A DNA stretch of 57,865 bases from Nemertoderma westbladi (taxonomy: Eukaryota > Animalia > Xenacoelomorpha), in NCBI GenBank assembly GCA_032718475.1, contig JAUCBJ010000714.1, positions 1-57,865 of the forward strand, given 5' to 3'. Below the pieces are notes generated by a model. The model was not told the DNA's origin, searched no databases, and saw only the letters and a program-made list of their open reading frames with translations. Both the position numbers and the translations under genes were made by a program. Each line of letters begins with the position of its first letter. Position 1 is the first letter of the stretch. Shown here piece by piece: positions 11,510-24,019 of this stretch.

Positions 11510-13084
11510 TCATACCCATAGTATTTTGGAGCAGATCGTACACGGGAGGGATAATGGCATTGTGTGATATCCAATGGGCCATCTGGGAGTGGGGGGGGGG
11601 GGGGGGGGGGGGGCATCTGGAACGCCAGGTGAAGACTCATTCGTGGGCAATGATTGCTGAACAACCAGTTCAGGTTGAGCCTGGGTGGTTAGAAGAGGAA
11701 GTTTGTGGGCAGGGGGTACAAACCGATGGTAGTGGGCTTGGTGTACTGGCTGGAGCCATCTGCGATTGCGGGAAATCAGCGGGCCACCATGAGGTGGTTG
11801 AATGATCACTTTGTCACCGCGAACTTCTTTAACATGGTGTCCCAAATAGCTGTAACCTCGGCCATTGTACTTCTTCACCATGACAGCTTGGTCGACCTCA
11901 AGAGGATCCAACAGTTGTGATCGATGCCGGCGATTGTAGTCAGATACGATGCGCTCACGGTTTTCTATATATTTCCTTAATGGAGGCTCGGCTGGGGGAG
12001 GAATTTGTGGCAATTGGGTTTGTAGGTTCAATCCAAGGAACCTGTAGAGCACTCGGGAAGGAACTTCACCTGTCACCCTGTGAGGGGTTGTTCGTAGAGT
12101 GAACAATACAGTTGACAAACGAGAACTGAATGAATCCTTCTGGGCATCTGATGTTGCATTCATCATCTTCTTAATAACCCTGTGAGGACACTCAATCATC
12201 CCATTGGATTGGGGATATCTAGAGGAGATTTCAACAAGTTTGCAGCCAAGTGAAACTAAATACTGCCAAAATGCGCTTGAACGAAATTCCTCAGCATTAT
12301 CAGCAACCAGAGAACTGGGAAGGCCAAATCGAGCGAAGATAAAGTTCAATTGACGAATTATGGAGGGTGATTTAGAACTATTAGAAGGTAAGGGGGTAGC
12401 TTCAATATAACGAGAACCATAATCAATAAGAGTGAGGCATTTAGTGCCCTCTATTTGAGCACAATCAATCCCGATTCGTTCCCATGGTAAAAATATACGA
12501 GATTGTTGCATAGGCTGTGGCGATGGTAAATCTTGAGAGAGTTTACATGGGTGACAATTGCTCACTAATAGCGAGGCAGACTTGGTGATTCCGGGCCACC
12601 AAACTGTGGAATTCAATATCTCGGTAGTTTTTGTTATACCTGGGTGGCCTTCATGAGCTAACTTTAAAATTTGAGATCGAAGGGACACCGGTATAACTAT
12701 GCGGGTGCTGTGCATCACAACTGGAAGATTATCGACAAAGAACAGTGAGAGTTCAGCAATATTGCCTAAATATGGTGAAGGTATATTGTCGAAGTTATCC
12801 GAATTGTCTAACAGTCTATCAACCAGTGGGGACAATTCTGGACATATTCCAGTTTCCTGAGCTACTGGGTGAATATTGACAAAACGTGATTCGAGAATGA
12901 CATTAACAAAGGGATCAAAGTTCAAGGCCTGTTGGTTTCCTGGCTGCTCATTAGGACCTGGGATTGGAGCACGAGACAATGTGTCTGCAAGAAGATTTGA
13001 CTTTCCACTCAGTAATAAATTCAACTGTGAATGAATATGGCTGTAGAAGAATGAGAAAACGGGTAATCCGAAGTGGGCACTCAT
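11510..13084 (-). pseudogene. Gypsy integrase (frameshifted from RNase H)
   Basis: HHCC motif AHEGHPGI...WWPGI...CHPC. Core IGID...LVADNAEEF...PQSNGMIE. C-terminal RNRRWL. Confidence 0.9.
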
Positions 13085-14559
13085 CTAATGGGTTTAGGAA
13101 AATCGACTTTAAGGGTTTATGGTCTGATAGGACTGTGAAATGGAGTCCTAGAAGATATTGTTTATATTTCAAAACACCATAGGCAATAGCTAATGTCTCC
13201 CTTTTATCTGGGAGTACCTCTGCTCAGCAGATGTTAGTGATCTACTAGCAAATGCTACTGGCCTTGTTTGCTTGGTTTATGGATCACATTGGAGAAGAGC
13301 TGTGCCAAGGCCATATGGAGAGGCATCACATTGGACCATGGTTTCATGGTTGACATTGTAATATTTCAATACTGGGGAGTCACATAGTAAAGATTTTATC
13401 TTCTGAAAGGCTGAGTCACAAGTGGATGTCCATGAAAACAGAACATTCCCTCATAATAATTGTCGTAATGGTGATGAAATAGTGCTGAAATTGGGTACAA
13501 ATTTAGCCAGATAGGTAGCCATTCCCAGAAATCTACGACATTCTGCAGTAGTTGTTGGTGGGGGGGAGTGCTGAAATCGCTTCAACTTTCTTTGGATCTG
13601 GTTTCAGTCCAGATGAAGACAAGACATGACCCAAGTAAGTAATTTCTGTTTTGCCAATTTCACATTTATCAACATTAAGTTTAATATTGCGATCAATGCA
13701 ACGTTGCTTAACCTTCATCAAAATTTGATCATGGCCTTCACGTGTTGCACTGTATATAAGGATGTCATCTTCAAGGACAATGGCACCATTAATATCATGG
13801 ATAACATCAACAATTGTCTGTTGATATTTCTCTGGTGCACAGGAAACACCAAATGGTAAGCGAATATAACGAAATGTACCGAATGGCAATTCGAATGTTG
13901 TTAGTCTGGATGATTTCTTAGTGGGCCATAATTGATGGAAGCCTGAGTAAGCATCCAATTTAGAGAAATAGTTGCTACCTTCCACTTTAGCAAATAGTTC
14001 CTCAGGTGTAGGCATGATTACATGGGTCCTAACCGCAGCTTTGTTTAAGGCACGTAGATCTAGACATAACCTCAATTTCCCAGTGGGTTTGCGTGTGATC
14101 ACCATGGGACTAACCCACTCACTGGGTGGATCATCGTTAGGAACTTTAACGATAACACCTTCATCGCAAAGTTTAGCGATCTCACTTTTAACTTCCTCGA
14201 TTATGCCGAAGGGAATGCGCCACGGGGGCTGTTGAAGTGGAACTATTCCAGGCTTAAGTACAATTTCAATTTCAGGTGAATCCATTGGAGGTAAGAATGC
14301 ATTGACAATGTTTCGAGGACTAGCACCTGCAGTGTTTTCTATTTCCCTACCTGAAGGATACAGTTTATTTTCACTGAAGTTTCGACTGACTAATTGTAAA
14401 TCTTCAATATCCCTTTGGCCAAGCAAAGCGAATGGTGCATTCTTGGCAACAAAGATGGTAGATGTTGTCTCACATTTGCCAAATGCCAATCGAACTGTTG
14501 CCTTGCCAATAATAGGCAGTGAAGATGAAGACATAAATCCTCTGAGCAACTCACCCTGC
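12951..14559 (-). pseudogene. Gypsy protease C-terminus, RT and RNase H (frameshifted)
   Basis: SEWVSPMV...LRLCLDLRALNK, FSKLDAYSGFHQL, RLPFGVSCAPEKYQ, LEDDIL (YxDD variant), YLGH. RNase H YLLGLHFTVLSDHKPL. Confidence 0.9.
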
Positions 14560-15570
14560 AATCGGACAACCAAGTCTGTTCATGGTGAGCTAAAAACGCA
14601 TTAGCTAATACAGGGCCGAGGGGGGACCCCATACCGACGCCATCAATCTGAAGATATAATTTATCATTACAAACAAAACAACAGTCTTTAACAGATAATT
14701 TTAACAAGGTTTTCAACTGATTACGGGTGAAACCATGAACAGTTTGTTCATAATTAAGGGCTGTAAAGGAATTCAAAGGGCGCGTAGGGGGAAGTGGCTC
14801 ATTAAACAGGTTACTAACTATAATTTCTATGGTTTCATCTAGGGGAATATTTGTGAAAAGGGATTTGACATCAAAACTACAAAGGTGGACCGGGGAATTG
14901 AAGTGAGTATTACAAATTTCATTAACAAAAGAAAATGAGTCTTTCACAGAAAATTCACTTATGGTACACGGTTGTATAATAGGGACTAGGAATTTCGCTA
15001 GTTTGTAGGACGGATCGTTAGTGGCTGAAAGAATGGGTCTTAGAGGGACACCTTCTTTATGTACTTTAGCGAGACCGTAGAGCACTCCAAGTCTGCTTCC
15101 CCTGGGTCTGATTTGGTGGTAAGTCTTGGCATCTAGGACTCCTAGGTTCTTAAGGGAATGGAGGTAGGTAGTAATTCGTCCTTCTCGTCGAAGCACTCTA
15201 GTTAAGCAATCGTCATTCAACAGTTTAAACTTCGAGGAATCCTGGAGGATGTCGTCCATCTTGCGGTTGTAGTCGGAGCGATCCAAAACCACGACGCCAT
15301 TACCCTTGTCGAGTTTCGAAATTACTAGAGATTTATCTCTTCTGAGGGCCTTCAGTGACTTCCACTCGTCTACAGAGAATACGTTGGAACGCTGTGGGAT
15401 ATAACTGTGCGCTGCTGAAAGGGCGATATCTTTCAGTTTAGTCTTAAACCGATCCTTGTCGATGTTAGATTGGTCGGTATGAACGAACAAGTATAGTCTT
15501 TCAAAGGGAGGTAGGAAGTCTTCCGGACTGAATCTCTTCGGAGGAATCGGACAGTTTAGACCCTTGCAAG
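14560..15570 (-). mobile_element. Penelope-like element RT fragment inserted in the Gypsy protease
   Basis: DKGNGVVVLDRSDY, YGLAKVHKEGVPLRPILS, SFDVKSLFTNIP, YLQIDGVGMGSPLGPVLAN. Truncated before the YxDD motif. Confidence 0.9.
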
Positions 15571-15899
15571 ACTAAAATTTAATTTAAACTTTAATTTTAA
15601 TTTTAAATTTAATTTAATTTAGTTTAACTACTTAAATTTAATTAAATTTCTTCAAAATGCAGTGCAATTATTTATAACGTGATTTTATTTTTGTCTATAA
15701 CTACAGTAAAACCGGTAGCCTACCTACATTACATAAGCAGACTGTCTGATGTGTATATTATTTAAATAATAAAGGACTATTATTCGATAAAAAAAAAAGT
15801 AAGCGGAAATCACCGCTTTTTTTAACTGATATTCAATTTAGTGAAATTCAAATATTCTGTCTAAAGTGTTTTCCGTTACGTTTTTATATCGATTATATT

Positions 15900-16064
15900 G
15901 TTTTATTTGAAAAAATATCACCAGCGTTAGGCCTACTTCTTTGTACCAACGGGGACCAAACTTTTTTGCAATTGGTTTTCGTCGGGGGGGGTGGGGGGGG
16001 GGGGGGGTGTAGGGGCCCGTAAGTTGCGACTGCCGGGGGCCTGAAAATCCATAATCCGTCCCTG
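15900..16064 (-). mobile_element. One end of a hAT-like MITE
   Basis: Minus strand begins cagggacggattatgg...caggcccccgg...gggccc plus a poly-C tract, typical of short hAT-derived elements. Partner TIR not found. Confidence 0.4.
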
Positions 16065-17288
16065 CTTACATGGTTCAATTATGCTGGGTCCAATAAATTT
16101 GCTTGGAACAATAGAGTGATAAGTTCCTGTGTCAACAAGAAAGATGATATTCTGACCAGATGTAGGACCTGATACGAAAAGTGATATTTTCCAATTTTCA
16201 TATGTTTTTTTCAATAAGTTGACTGGGGGTGGAATTTACCATTTTATATAAGTTAACTGTGTTGACATCATAATAGGATAAACTTGATTCAGTTACCTCA
16301 CCATCGGATTCGTAGGGTTCATCTAATTCCACCACAGAGAGGTCAGAGGGAAAGTGTTCAACCTGGTGAACTCTACCAGTGGAATGTCGCATAGTCTGTT
16401 GTGTATACCGATCTAAGCCTTGTCTAGAAACTGAAACACGGAAGTGGTGACGAACTCCGCAATCTTGGCAAAAGGAATTATATGCTGGACAGTGGCCTTT
16501 TTGGTGACTACCACCACAGAAACGACATGAACGAACAAAATTAGGCAAAGGTTGACTGGGTTGTTGTGGTAGATTCCTAGCTACATCCATACCACGTTCA
16601 CGAACCAGTGGAGCAGCAGCCAGCAGCATAATACTTACCAGTGGTGGCACGATGGGGAGGAAATGACCTTGAGACAGCCAAAACATCACCACTAATGGAT
16701 GCTGGAGTATAAAATACTCTTTTTTCTGTTCTGTACTCAACTCTTTATGCCCAGATGTGGCAGCTTCATAAGCAACCGCCAGGTTCCTAATGTCAGTAAT
16801 AGTGGAATCTGAAGGTTGCTGGAGGAGTTGACGCCGCAACTCATCATCCCGGATGCCACATATGAAGGCATCCCTTATTCGTGTTTCAGGTGTCTCTCTA
16901 TCAAGGTCGCAGTGACCCGCCAACTGCCGGAGGGTAGTAAAATATTCGGCACAAGATTCCCCAGATTGTTGTCGCCGACACATAAAGCGGTGTCTCATCA
17001 CAAGCAAATTTCGCCGGGGAGCAAAATAAGCTGAGAAGAGTCTGCCAATAAATTCTCGAGGGTTCGTGGTCTGTCATCTGTATAGCTGAAATTCTGAAGT
17101 GCGATCTTTTGAGCTTGTTTACCGATGCAGGTCATAAGGGCCCCAACCTGCTTTTGTCTATTTTGTCCCTCACCACGCAAGTCTATCGCATCTGCCCAGA
17201 ACTCAAAGGCTTGTCGCCATTCGCCAAATTCAAGTGCAAGGTCTTCTGCATTAACATCCAAAAACGTTGGGGTGGGATATTTAGCCAT
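16065..17288 (-). pseudogene. Gypsy gag and protease N-terminus (frameshifted)
   Basis: FMCRRQQSGES...LRQLAGHC...IRDAFICGIRD. Knuckles CRFCGGSHQKGHC and CQDCGVRHH. Protease motif FLVDTGT. Confidence 0.85.
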
Positions 17289-18248
17289 ACCGCGGCTGTA
17301 CCGGTGGTGTAATACATAGGCCTATTGTTGTAGGCCAACAGTGATTAATATAACCGTATGTCGCTGGCAAATACTGGTAGGCCTAAATAAGAGTAGGCCT
17401 AAATCTGTAAATAGCGAAATATCACCGGAAATAAATTAAATTGTATCTGTATCAGCCAAATACAGAAATATCATAAGCAGCCAAACCTGCAAACACCAAT
17501 GAGCCAGTCAAACCAAACCAGTTTATCGTTAACAGTCCAGTTCCAAATACCAAAGAGCCAGTTGCCAGTCAACGTAGCCAGTTTATCAATAAGCAGTCTA
17601 TCTCCAGGCTGGACTCACTGAAGGATTGCAGTCAGTCAGTGCTCCAGAGAATACAGTAATAATGCCAGAATTCAAACACACTGAGCCAGGAACTAAGGAA
17701 CTTGGAACTAAGTTCGCCTCAATTGGAACCTTGTTCGCCTTTGAAAGTGTGCGATTGGAACTAAGTTCGTGCTACCCTTAGCGGTAAGGAATAACCTCCT
17801 GTAGTAGTGTCCTGTAGTAGTTTTGTTCTGTACTTATATACACATGCAATAACTGAATTGAGATGATAAAGGGCTGTTGCCCGAAATGTACGTGACTATT
17901 CATATTCAATTATTTTTGGGTCACTAAGAAAAAGACCTTTCTAAACGCACTAACTCATTGTCTATTATTTAATCCTGATTTATGTGTAGTTTGATTTTGG
18001 CCTGTCCCGCTCTGTGAATTTTACTAATGAAATAAAATTAAATGGTGGTGGTTCCGTATAGGTCTGACTTTCCTCCAATCTTGTCATTCCGGCCCTATGC
18101 GTCGTCCTCCATTCAATCTCATTTACAAACAACTTTTGAAGGGTGGGTAACCTTCTCTTCTTCAAACTAGACACATTTACTACGTGTTGGGCATAGTAGC
18201 TCAGTTCTCCAATTAATAATTTTGTATATTACAATTCAATTAAATAAA

Positions 18249-20018
18249 ATGAAAACAATTAATTATGGCGATACACAATTAGGTGAAAATGGATCAGATA
18301 ATAATAAATTCGTTGATGAAAATAAACATATTCACACTTATGATGATATTTGGCCTCTCATAGGTGCATTTGGCTGCTATCAATGGGTTGTTGTTTATTG
18401 CACTATTGTGTTATTATGTGCGTCAATTCCAACACTACTGATCATGGAAATGGTGTTTCTTAGCGCGCACACCGGTTACCACTGCGATGTTTCGTATATT
18501 GTTGATAAACTTGGAGAGAATCAATCAATAAACATTGAAGAATTCATTCCCAAAGATGGTGATGGTGTTTTAGAATCTTGCCTAATGTACGACTATAATG
18601 TTGAAAATAACAATTATGTTCAGGTAGAAAACAAGGATCGAATCAAATGTCGTCATGGCTGGTCATTTGACCAGTCCGTCTTCACAAACACCTACCTCAT
18701 GGAATTTAATTTCGTTTGTGAAAAGGATGTAAAGTTTCAATTTGCGAAAACGGCATTTATTCTCGCAATAATACCAGGAGCGGGATTATTCAGCGCGATT
18801 TCAGATATATGGGGACGGAAGAAAGCCATATTTCTCGCATTCTTGTTGCAAAGTATGGGTCAATCCTTCATGTTTATTTTCCCGGGAAATATACATTATT
18901 TTATATTTCAACGAATAGTTTTGGGAATGAGTTATTCAGCCCCCCTTATGATTGGGACTATCCTGGCCATGGAACTCGTTGGCTATGAGTACAGAACCTT
19001 TATTGGTGTCTCTTTTGAAGCATTTATTGGAGTAGGCATGATGCTATCCACTGTCTGTTCGTACATATTCCGACGGTTACCATGGTATTATTTTCACTTA
19101 TCTCAGTGTCTATTACCTTTCATGTGTCTGTTCTTCTATGTTGTCTGGCCTGAATCGCCAAGATGGTTGGCAACCACAGGGAAATGGAAGCAAGCGTTGA
19201 ATGTTATACAGAAAATTGCTCGCATTAATAATAAACAAATAGGTGATGATACTACAGGAGGTATTACTAGATATTTAACATCGTCGCAATATAGAGAAAG
19301 CTCTTCGATAGGCAAACCAAAAGTAATTCACAACAATTTGATTTTGAACAAGATTTTGTATCATTTTGAATTAATGAAACGTATTCTTATTATGTGCCTT
19401 GTTTGGGTTGCCCTTTCAGTTACATGGTATGGGCTTGTCCTAGGAGTATCAGCGCTGTCTACAGATTTTTTTGTTACGAACATAATTTCTGGCGCAACTG
19501 AAATTGTCGGCTCCGCGATAGGATTTTTCTTGCAAAACGGACTGGGACGGAAGCCTTCAATGTGCGGAACTTTGATTTTTACTGGAATTTCTTGTTTATC
19601 CACTGCCTGGATCCCCGACGATATCGCAGGTGGTTGGGTAAAAACAACGGTTGCTATGGCTGGAAAAACTGGTATTAGTTGCGGATTGGCCATGGTGGTT
19701 ACGTATTCGATAGAACTTTATCCGACCGAGGTCCGTTCCAGAATGATGTCGACTTCTATGATATTATCGCTAATAGCTTCAGCGATAATCCCATTGATTA
19801 GCATCGGACACAGTTGGCGAGCGCTTCCACCTATCCTTTACGGAGTTTTGTGTTTGGCCGCCGCAATCGGTGTTCTGTTTCTGCCGGAAACGAAAGGAAA
19901 ACCACTTCCTGATGTTCTCAGCGATATACATAGAGGGACAGGTAATAGAGACCAGGGGCCTGATGATGATGTTCATAGATGTGTGGACTTTGTGTCCAGC
20001 ACATATTCAATGCACTGA
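18249..20018 (+). CDS. SLC22: SLC22 family organic cation/anion transporter (MFS), single exon
   Basis: IGAFGCYQ, Cys-containing large extracellular loop (C..GWSFD...EFNFVC), SDIWGRKK, MELVG, PESPRWL, ELYPTEVRS, LPETKG, ~12 hydrophobic segments. First ATG at 18249. Confidence 0.93.
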   Translation: MKTINYGDTQLGENGSDNNKFVDENKHIHTYDDIWPLIGAFGCYQWVVVYCTIVLLCASIPTLLIMEMVFLSAHTGYHCDVSYIVDKLGENQSINIEEFIPKDGDGVLESCLMYDYNVENNNYVQVENKDRIKCRHGWSFDQSVFTNTYLMEFNFVCEKDVKFQFAKTAFILAIIPGAGLFSAISDIWGRKKAIFLAFLLQSMGQSFMFIFPGNIHYFIFQRIVLGMSYSAPLMIGTILAMELVGYEYRTFIGVSFEAFIGVGMMLSTVCSYIFRRLPWYYFHLSQCLLPFMCLFFYVVWPESPRWLATTGKWKQALNVIQKIARINNKQIGDDTTGGITRYLTSSQYRESSSIGKPKVIHNNLILNKILYHFELMKRILIMCLVWVALSVTWYGLVLGVSALSTDFFVTNIISGATEIVGSAIGFFLQNGLGRKPSMCGTLIFTGISCLSTAWIPDDIAGGWVKTTVAMAGKTGISCGLAMVVTYSIELYPTEVRSRMMSTSMILSLIASAIIPLISIGHSWRALPPILYGVLCLAAAIGVLFLPETKGKPLPDVLSDIHRGTGNRDQGPDDDVHRCVDFVSSTYSMH

Positions 20019-20860
20019 TGTCATAATCACGTCATATTGACGAATTAAATTAATTAACATTATTATACACCTACAGTATCAGTATGTTTATTATTGATTC
20101 TATAGTTAATACAGTACGTTGATATAGGTAAAATACAGTAATTAAATATCATAATAAGAGTTTTAATTAATGGTGTGTAGCATAGGTTATAGTAGGAATA
20201 ATAGTAATAATTGTAACAATGTAACATTGTATACTAACAGAGACGGGCAGTAGGCCTAGTGCTCACGTGATCGCATTACTTATTATGTTGTATACACAGT
20301 AAGTAAGCCAAAGTGGGTTTCACCAAAATTAAGAAATATATTATAACTTAGGCCCTACTCTGTTTAACTTCGAAGACTCGGCTGAAATTGCACCAATAAT
20401 ACAGTCGTCATTCATACTGTATAACCAAGCATTGTAATACACGATAGGGTGTGCCGGTATTCAATTGTGCTGATACTGCAGTGGCGCAAATTGACCGCAC
20501 GTAAAAAAGTGTTATCCATCAGTTAAAACATTTACTATACTTCCTTGCAAATTAAATGCAATATCTGCCATAATACCGTATAAGTAGATATTATCTAGGG
20601 TGTAAATTTTGAGACGTAAATCGATATAATTATAATGTTTTCTTGGCTTTCATTTGAATATTATTTCTATTTATTTTTCTTTAAAAGTTGTATCCGTGGT
20701 AGCTCTAGCTGTAATATTCTGGAATATACGGAAAATGTAGGTAGATTTAGTTCACTTATGCGGTTGTAGTTAGTCTAGTAGTGTAAGTAGCTTCAAAATC
20801 GTAGCATCTTATGGGAACCAGTTCAAATTCATTTCATAAACTCAAATCTTTCATTTCAAA

Positions 20861-21328
20861 ATGGGTAGAACAAAGCGAAACAAATCCACGAAAAAGGAGT
20901 TGGATTATGGAGCAACAGGGATGTCTAAGATTTACAAAACCAAACTCATCAAGGTACCTGGTATTGGTCCGATTTTCTGCCAGCGGATGGAAAGGAAGGG
21001 AATAACAAAGACGAATCAGCTCATAAAACGCTACTTGGACCTCAAGGGGGATTACACACAGTTTGCGGGATTTATGTATAGAGTTTGCGGACCGCATCTC
21101 TCGAAAAGGCACTTCAATCAAGTCTACAAATGGATGGTTGCACTTAGTACAGGATACTGCACACCCAAAGCTTATCGGCGTGAAAGTGATAGTCCGGAAG
21201 CCGGGATAAGGGAAACTTTATCAGGGACCAGCAAGGTAGAAATAAGTAACTGTCTGTGTGCGCAATCAAAGTCTAGGGGAAGAAAACGGACCCGTTCAAA
21301 GAACTCAAAAGTCTCAAGGAAACGATAA
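20861..21328 (+). CDS. Barrier-to-autointegration factor (BAF)-like protein with basic N- and C-terminal extensions, copy 1
   Basis: KVPGIGPIFCQRMERKGITKTNQLIKRYLDLKGDYTQFAGFMYRVCG aligns without gaps to BAF [48 protein letters not shown]/R/S-rich tail. Confidence 0.8.
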   Translation: MGRTKRNKSTKKELDYGATGMSKIYKTKLIKVPGIGPIFCQRMERKGITKTNQLIKRYLDLKGDYTQFAGFMYRVCGPHLSKRHFNQVYKWMVALSTGYCTPKAYRRESDSPEAGIRETLSGTSKVEISNCLCAQSKSRGRKRTRSKNSKVSRKR

Positions 21329-22697
21329 AACTTTACTATTCAAAGTCGAACTGATGTAAAGGAAACCAAACAGATAGACGTAGAAAAGTCAAATCAACTC
21401 AAATCAAAACTATTAATTATTATCTTTATAACAATATTTAGACATACAGCAGATTAGATTAGATGTATGGAGTGACAAATTGTATACATTACTGTATTAC
21501 ACTTCAGTAATACACTTAGCTGATCGTTTAAAATTCTTATATTGTTTCTTCATTATTACGCGTAATTAATATTCTAGAATTAAGTGAAAAACATTAGAAT
21601 TATTTCAATTTACGTCTGAAAAAGGATGCCTTTGAATTTAGATGAATATCTCCTGAAGTTATTGGTGAAATTGAAACGGTTTTCAGATTCGGAATCTACA
21701 GACTAAGGCGTTTCTAATGATACTGTATTTGTGGAGTGGCTTAGCGAGAAAATAGTGACAAAAGTGCGAAAAGTTTTTTGTGAGAAACTATGTGTAGGCC
21801 TATAAAGATGACAAAAATCCCATGCTCCATAAATATTTGTAGTGGAACATTTAGTGCATGTCAGAGACAAATAAAAGGTGGAGTATGGGAGAATGACCAT
21901 ATGTTCCGCAAAATAAAGACTTACTGTATAATATTTTTTTGGTCATTAACAAGGTAATATAAAATCCCAAAAATGTGGTTCGGATTTATTGCGAATTACT
22001 TTTGTGTTTTATGCAAGATTGACACGCCTATATTTCAGATCTTATTTAACACGGAGTTATTGTAGAATGGAAAATTGGTAACTCGGGCAAGTTGAGGTTA
22101 CTGTTAGACCTACTAAACTGTATTCAATCCGCTATGCGCCCCAACCAGAAAATGGGAAGGCGGAGCCAATTTTCCAATATTGGCCGAAAGTGCGGGAAAT
22201 AACAAGGAGAAAGGAGAGATGGCGTTGTTAGAGCAAGCAAGCTATTAGTATCCAAAAACATAAACGTCGACACCTCTTTTTAAACTTGAATTCTCGAACT
22301 CTAGTAGTTTTCAGTGGACTCATTATGTGTCCTCAAATAGAGCTTCGAATTGGGGGTAGTATAAGCATTATTATGGTTGACTTTGAATTAGCAACATCCT
22401 ATAAATAGTAAAAAACAACGGAAAATTTGGGTTTGCCCCAACGTCCGACACCATGGAATTGGCCATACTGTATAGAGTAGGCTTATTCAGGTTATATTAC
22501 TTGGCATGTCATTTCCCAATGAGCACACGAAACTCTTCCCAGGTTAAAATGTACCGCTTATAATGCAGGTGGAGGTTTCTCAATATATATTAAGCAAATA
22601 ATAGGTCCTCACTTTGGTTTGGAAATCAGGGTTGAAAGCTCCGAGGTATGGTAAGTTAATTGCAGTGATTTTGTATTGACTTGCATTGTGCATACTA

Positions 22698-23040
22698 CAC
22701 CATGTTCTGGAATATAGTTTGTTATTCAGGTACCTGCCCCCCCCCCCCCAAATTTTTCTACAAATCTTAATGAGATTACATGAAATATAGATAGTTCCAC
22801 CTCCCTCCTCCTCCGTGGGTGAGCCAGAATTTTTATTTTTGCTTTCAATCTTTAGCTACAAGCGTTTAAAAAATGTGTCTCCGGTGATATTTCACCAGTT
22901 ACACTCCAGTTATTCTTCAACCTTATAGTGATTTGTTGGTACTGATGGAAAGCTGGCCATGTAAGGATTCCAAATATGTAACATAATCTGAATTTCGTTG
23001 AAAATAGCTGAGATATGAGCGTTCAAAAGTTACATGGTTT
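22698..23040 (+). mobile_element. Long terminal segment of a TA-flanked (Tc1/mariner-like) element; mirrored in the right arm ending at 31618
   Basis: TA|caccatgttctggaatatag... A diverged inverted copy lies at ~26680-27041, and similarity stops at the same TA. Confidence 0.55.
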
Positions 23041-23300
23041 TGCATAGGCTGCATTGGCTATTTTATTCTATTAAATAAAAATACGATATTCTAGAACATT
23101 TTGTTTATTTATGAATAGCTACGTAATAGTATAATACAATCTAACAATTAAACCAATCTAACAAACTGACTATTTATGAAGTCTTTGCACAACCATCTCA
23201 AATCCACAGTAGCTTATCGGATGATACAAGCGCTATAATTAACTATTTAAACAGTCTAAGCAAAGATGCCACACCTGGAATGGTCCTCCCTTTTCCCGAA

Positions 23301-23910
23301 GCTTACAGCTCTTTGAATCCTGGTCAATGGATTAGTGATGATACTATCTCTGGCTTTCTTTCTGAGTATTGAATACTTGCGCAGGCTTCACCTAGTGTGG
23401 CTGCAATACCAATCCATCTTGGCACTATTCTGAGCTAGAATAGTTTTGGTGAACTGACTGCAATTAAGTATTTGGCACGTCAATATTTGGGCCTATATCT
23501 CAAGAATCCACCTGACCTTCATCTGATTCCAGAATTCATTAATAATAATCACTTTGTGCTTCATGTTGCTGATACACAAAACAAAACAATATTTTTCCTT
23601 AACTCGCTTGGCCCTTCTATGGCAACAGCCTCTACATATTGGCTGGCATCAATACTTAATAGGATTGATGAATGCAATGCTCTTAGGACCAGGTCCTGTG
23701 GAAATGAAAATAAACTTTCATGGTCTATAACAGTGAAACATTCCTCGTACCATAAACAGTCAAACAGTTTTGACTGCGGAATTTTTGTCTGTATTTATGT
23801 CTGTATTTTGTCTAGCAGTTGTTCAGGACCGTGATCAAATCTCCAGGATTCATTTCGATAGCGAGAAAGCACGACAATGGGTTCAAAGCGGCCTGAAGAA
23901 GTGGAAATTA
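23301..23910 (+). pseudogene. Ulp1/SENP-like (peptidase C48) domain, disrupted, copy 1
   Basis: SLNPGQWISDDTI (WLND-type motif), NNNHFVLHV (catalytic His), FFLNSLG, KQSNSFDCGIFVC (Gln and catalytic Cys). In-frame stops and a frameshift. Confidence 0.75.
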
Positions 23911-24019
23911 TCTGCCATAATGATGTTGATTTTGACCCAACTTTCCAGCTCACCTCTCAAAAGGGCACAAATACGAACTACAACAAACACGAACTAATAG
24001 CACATGATAATGATGATAG

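Larger units (their letters stand above)
11242..17688 (-). mobile_element. Ty3/Gypsy LTR retrotransposon (Mag-like), degenerate, 5' LTR missing
   Basis: gag-PR-RT-RH-IN order on the - strand with frameshifts. PPT agggaagagagagaaaga (11407-11424) precedes a TG...CA LTR. PBS-like tggctcagtg at 17688-17679. Confidence 0.9.

Noticed and set aside
14390-14573. Apparent Penelope-Gypsy fusion ORF
   Set aside because: Read-through across an insertion junction; both RTs are truncated or disrupted.
21703-21900. 65-aa ORF conserved in two copies (also 32416-32613)
   Set aside because: Identity is explained by the inverted duplication; no protein features.
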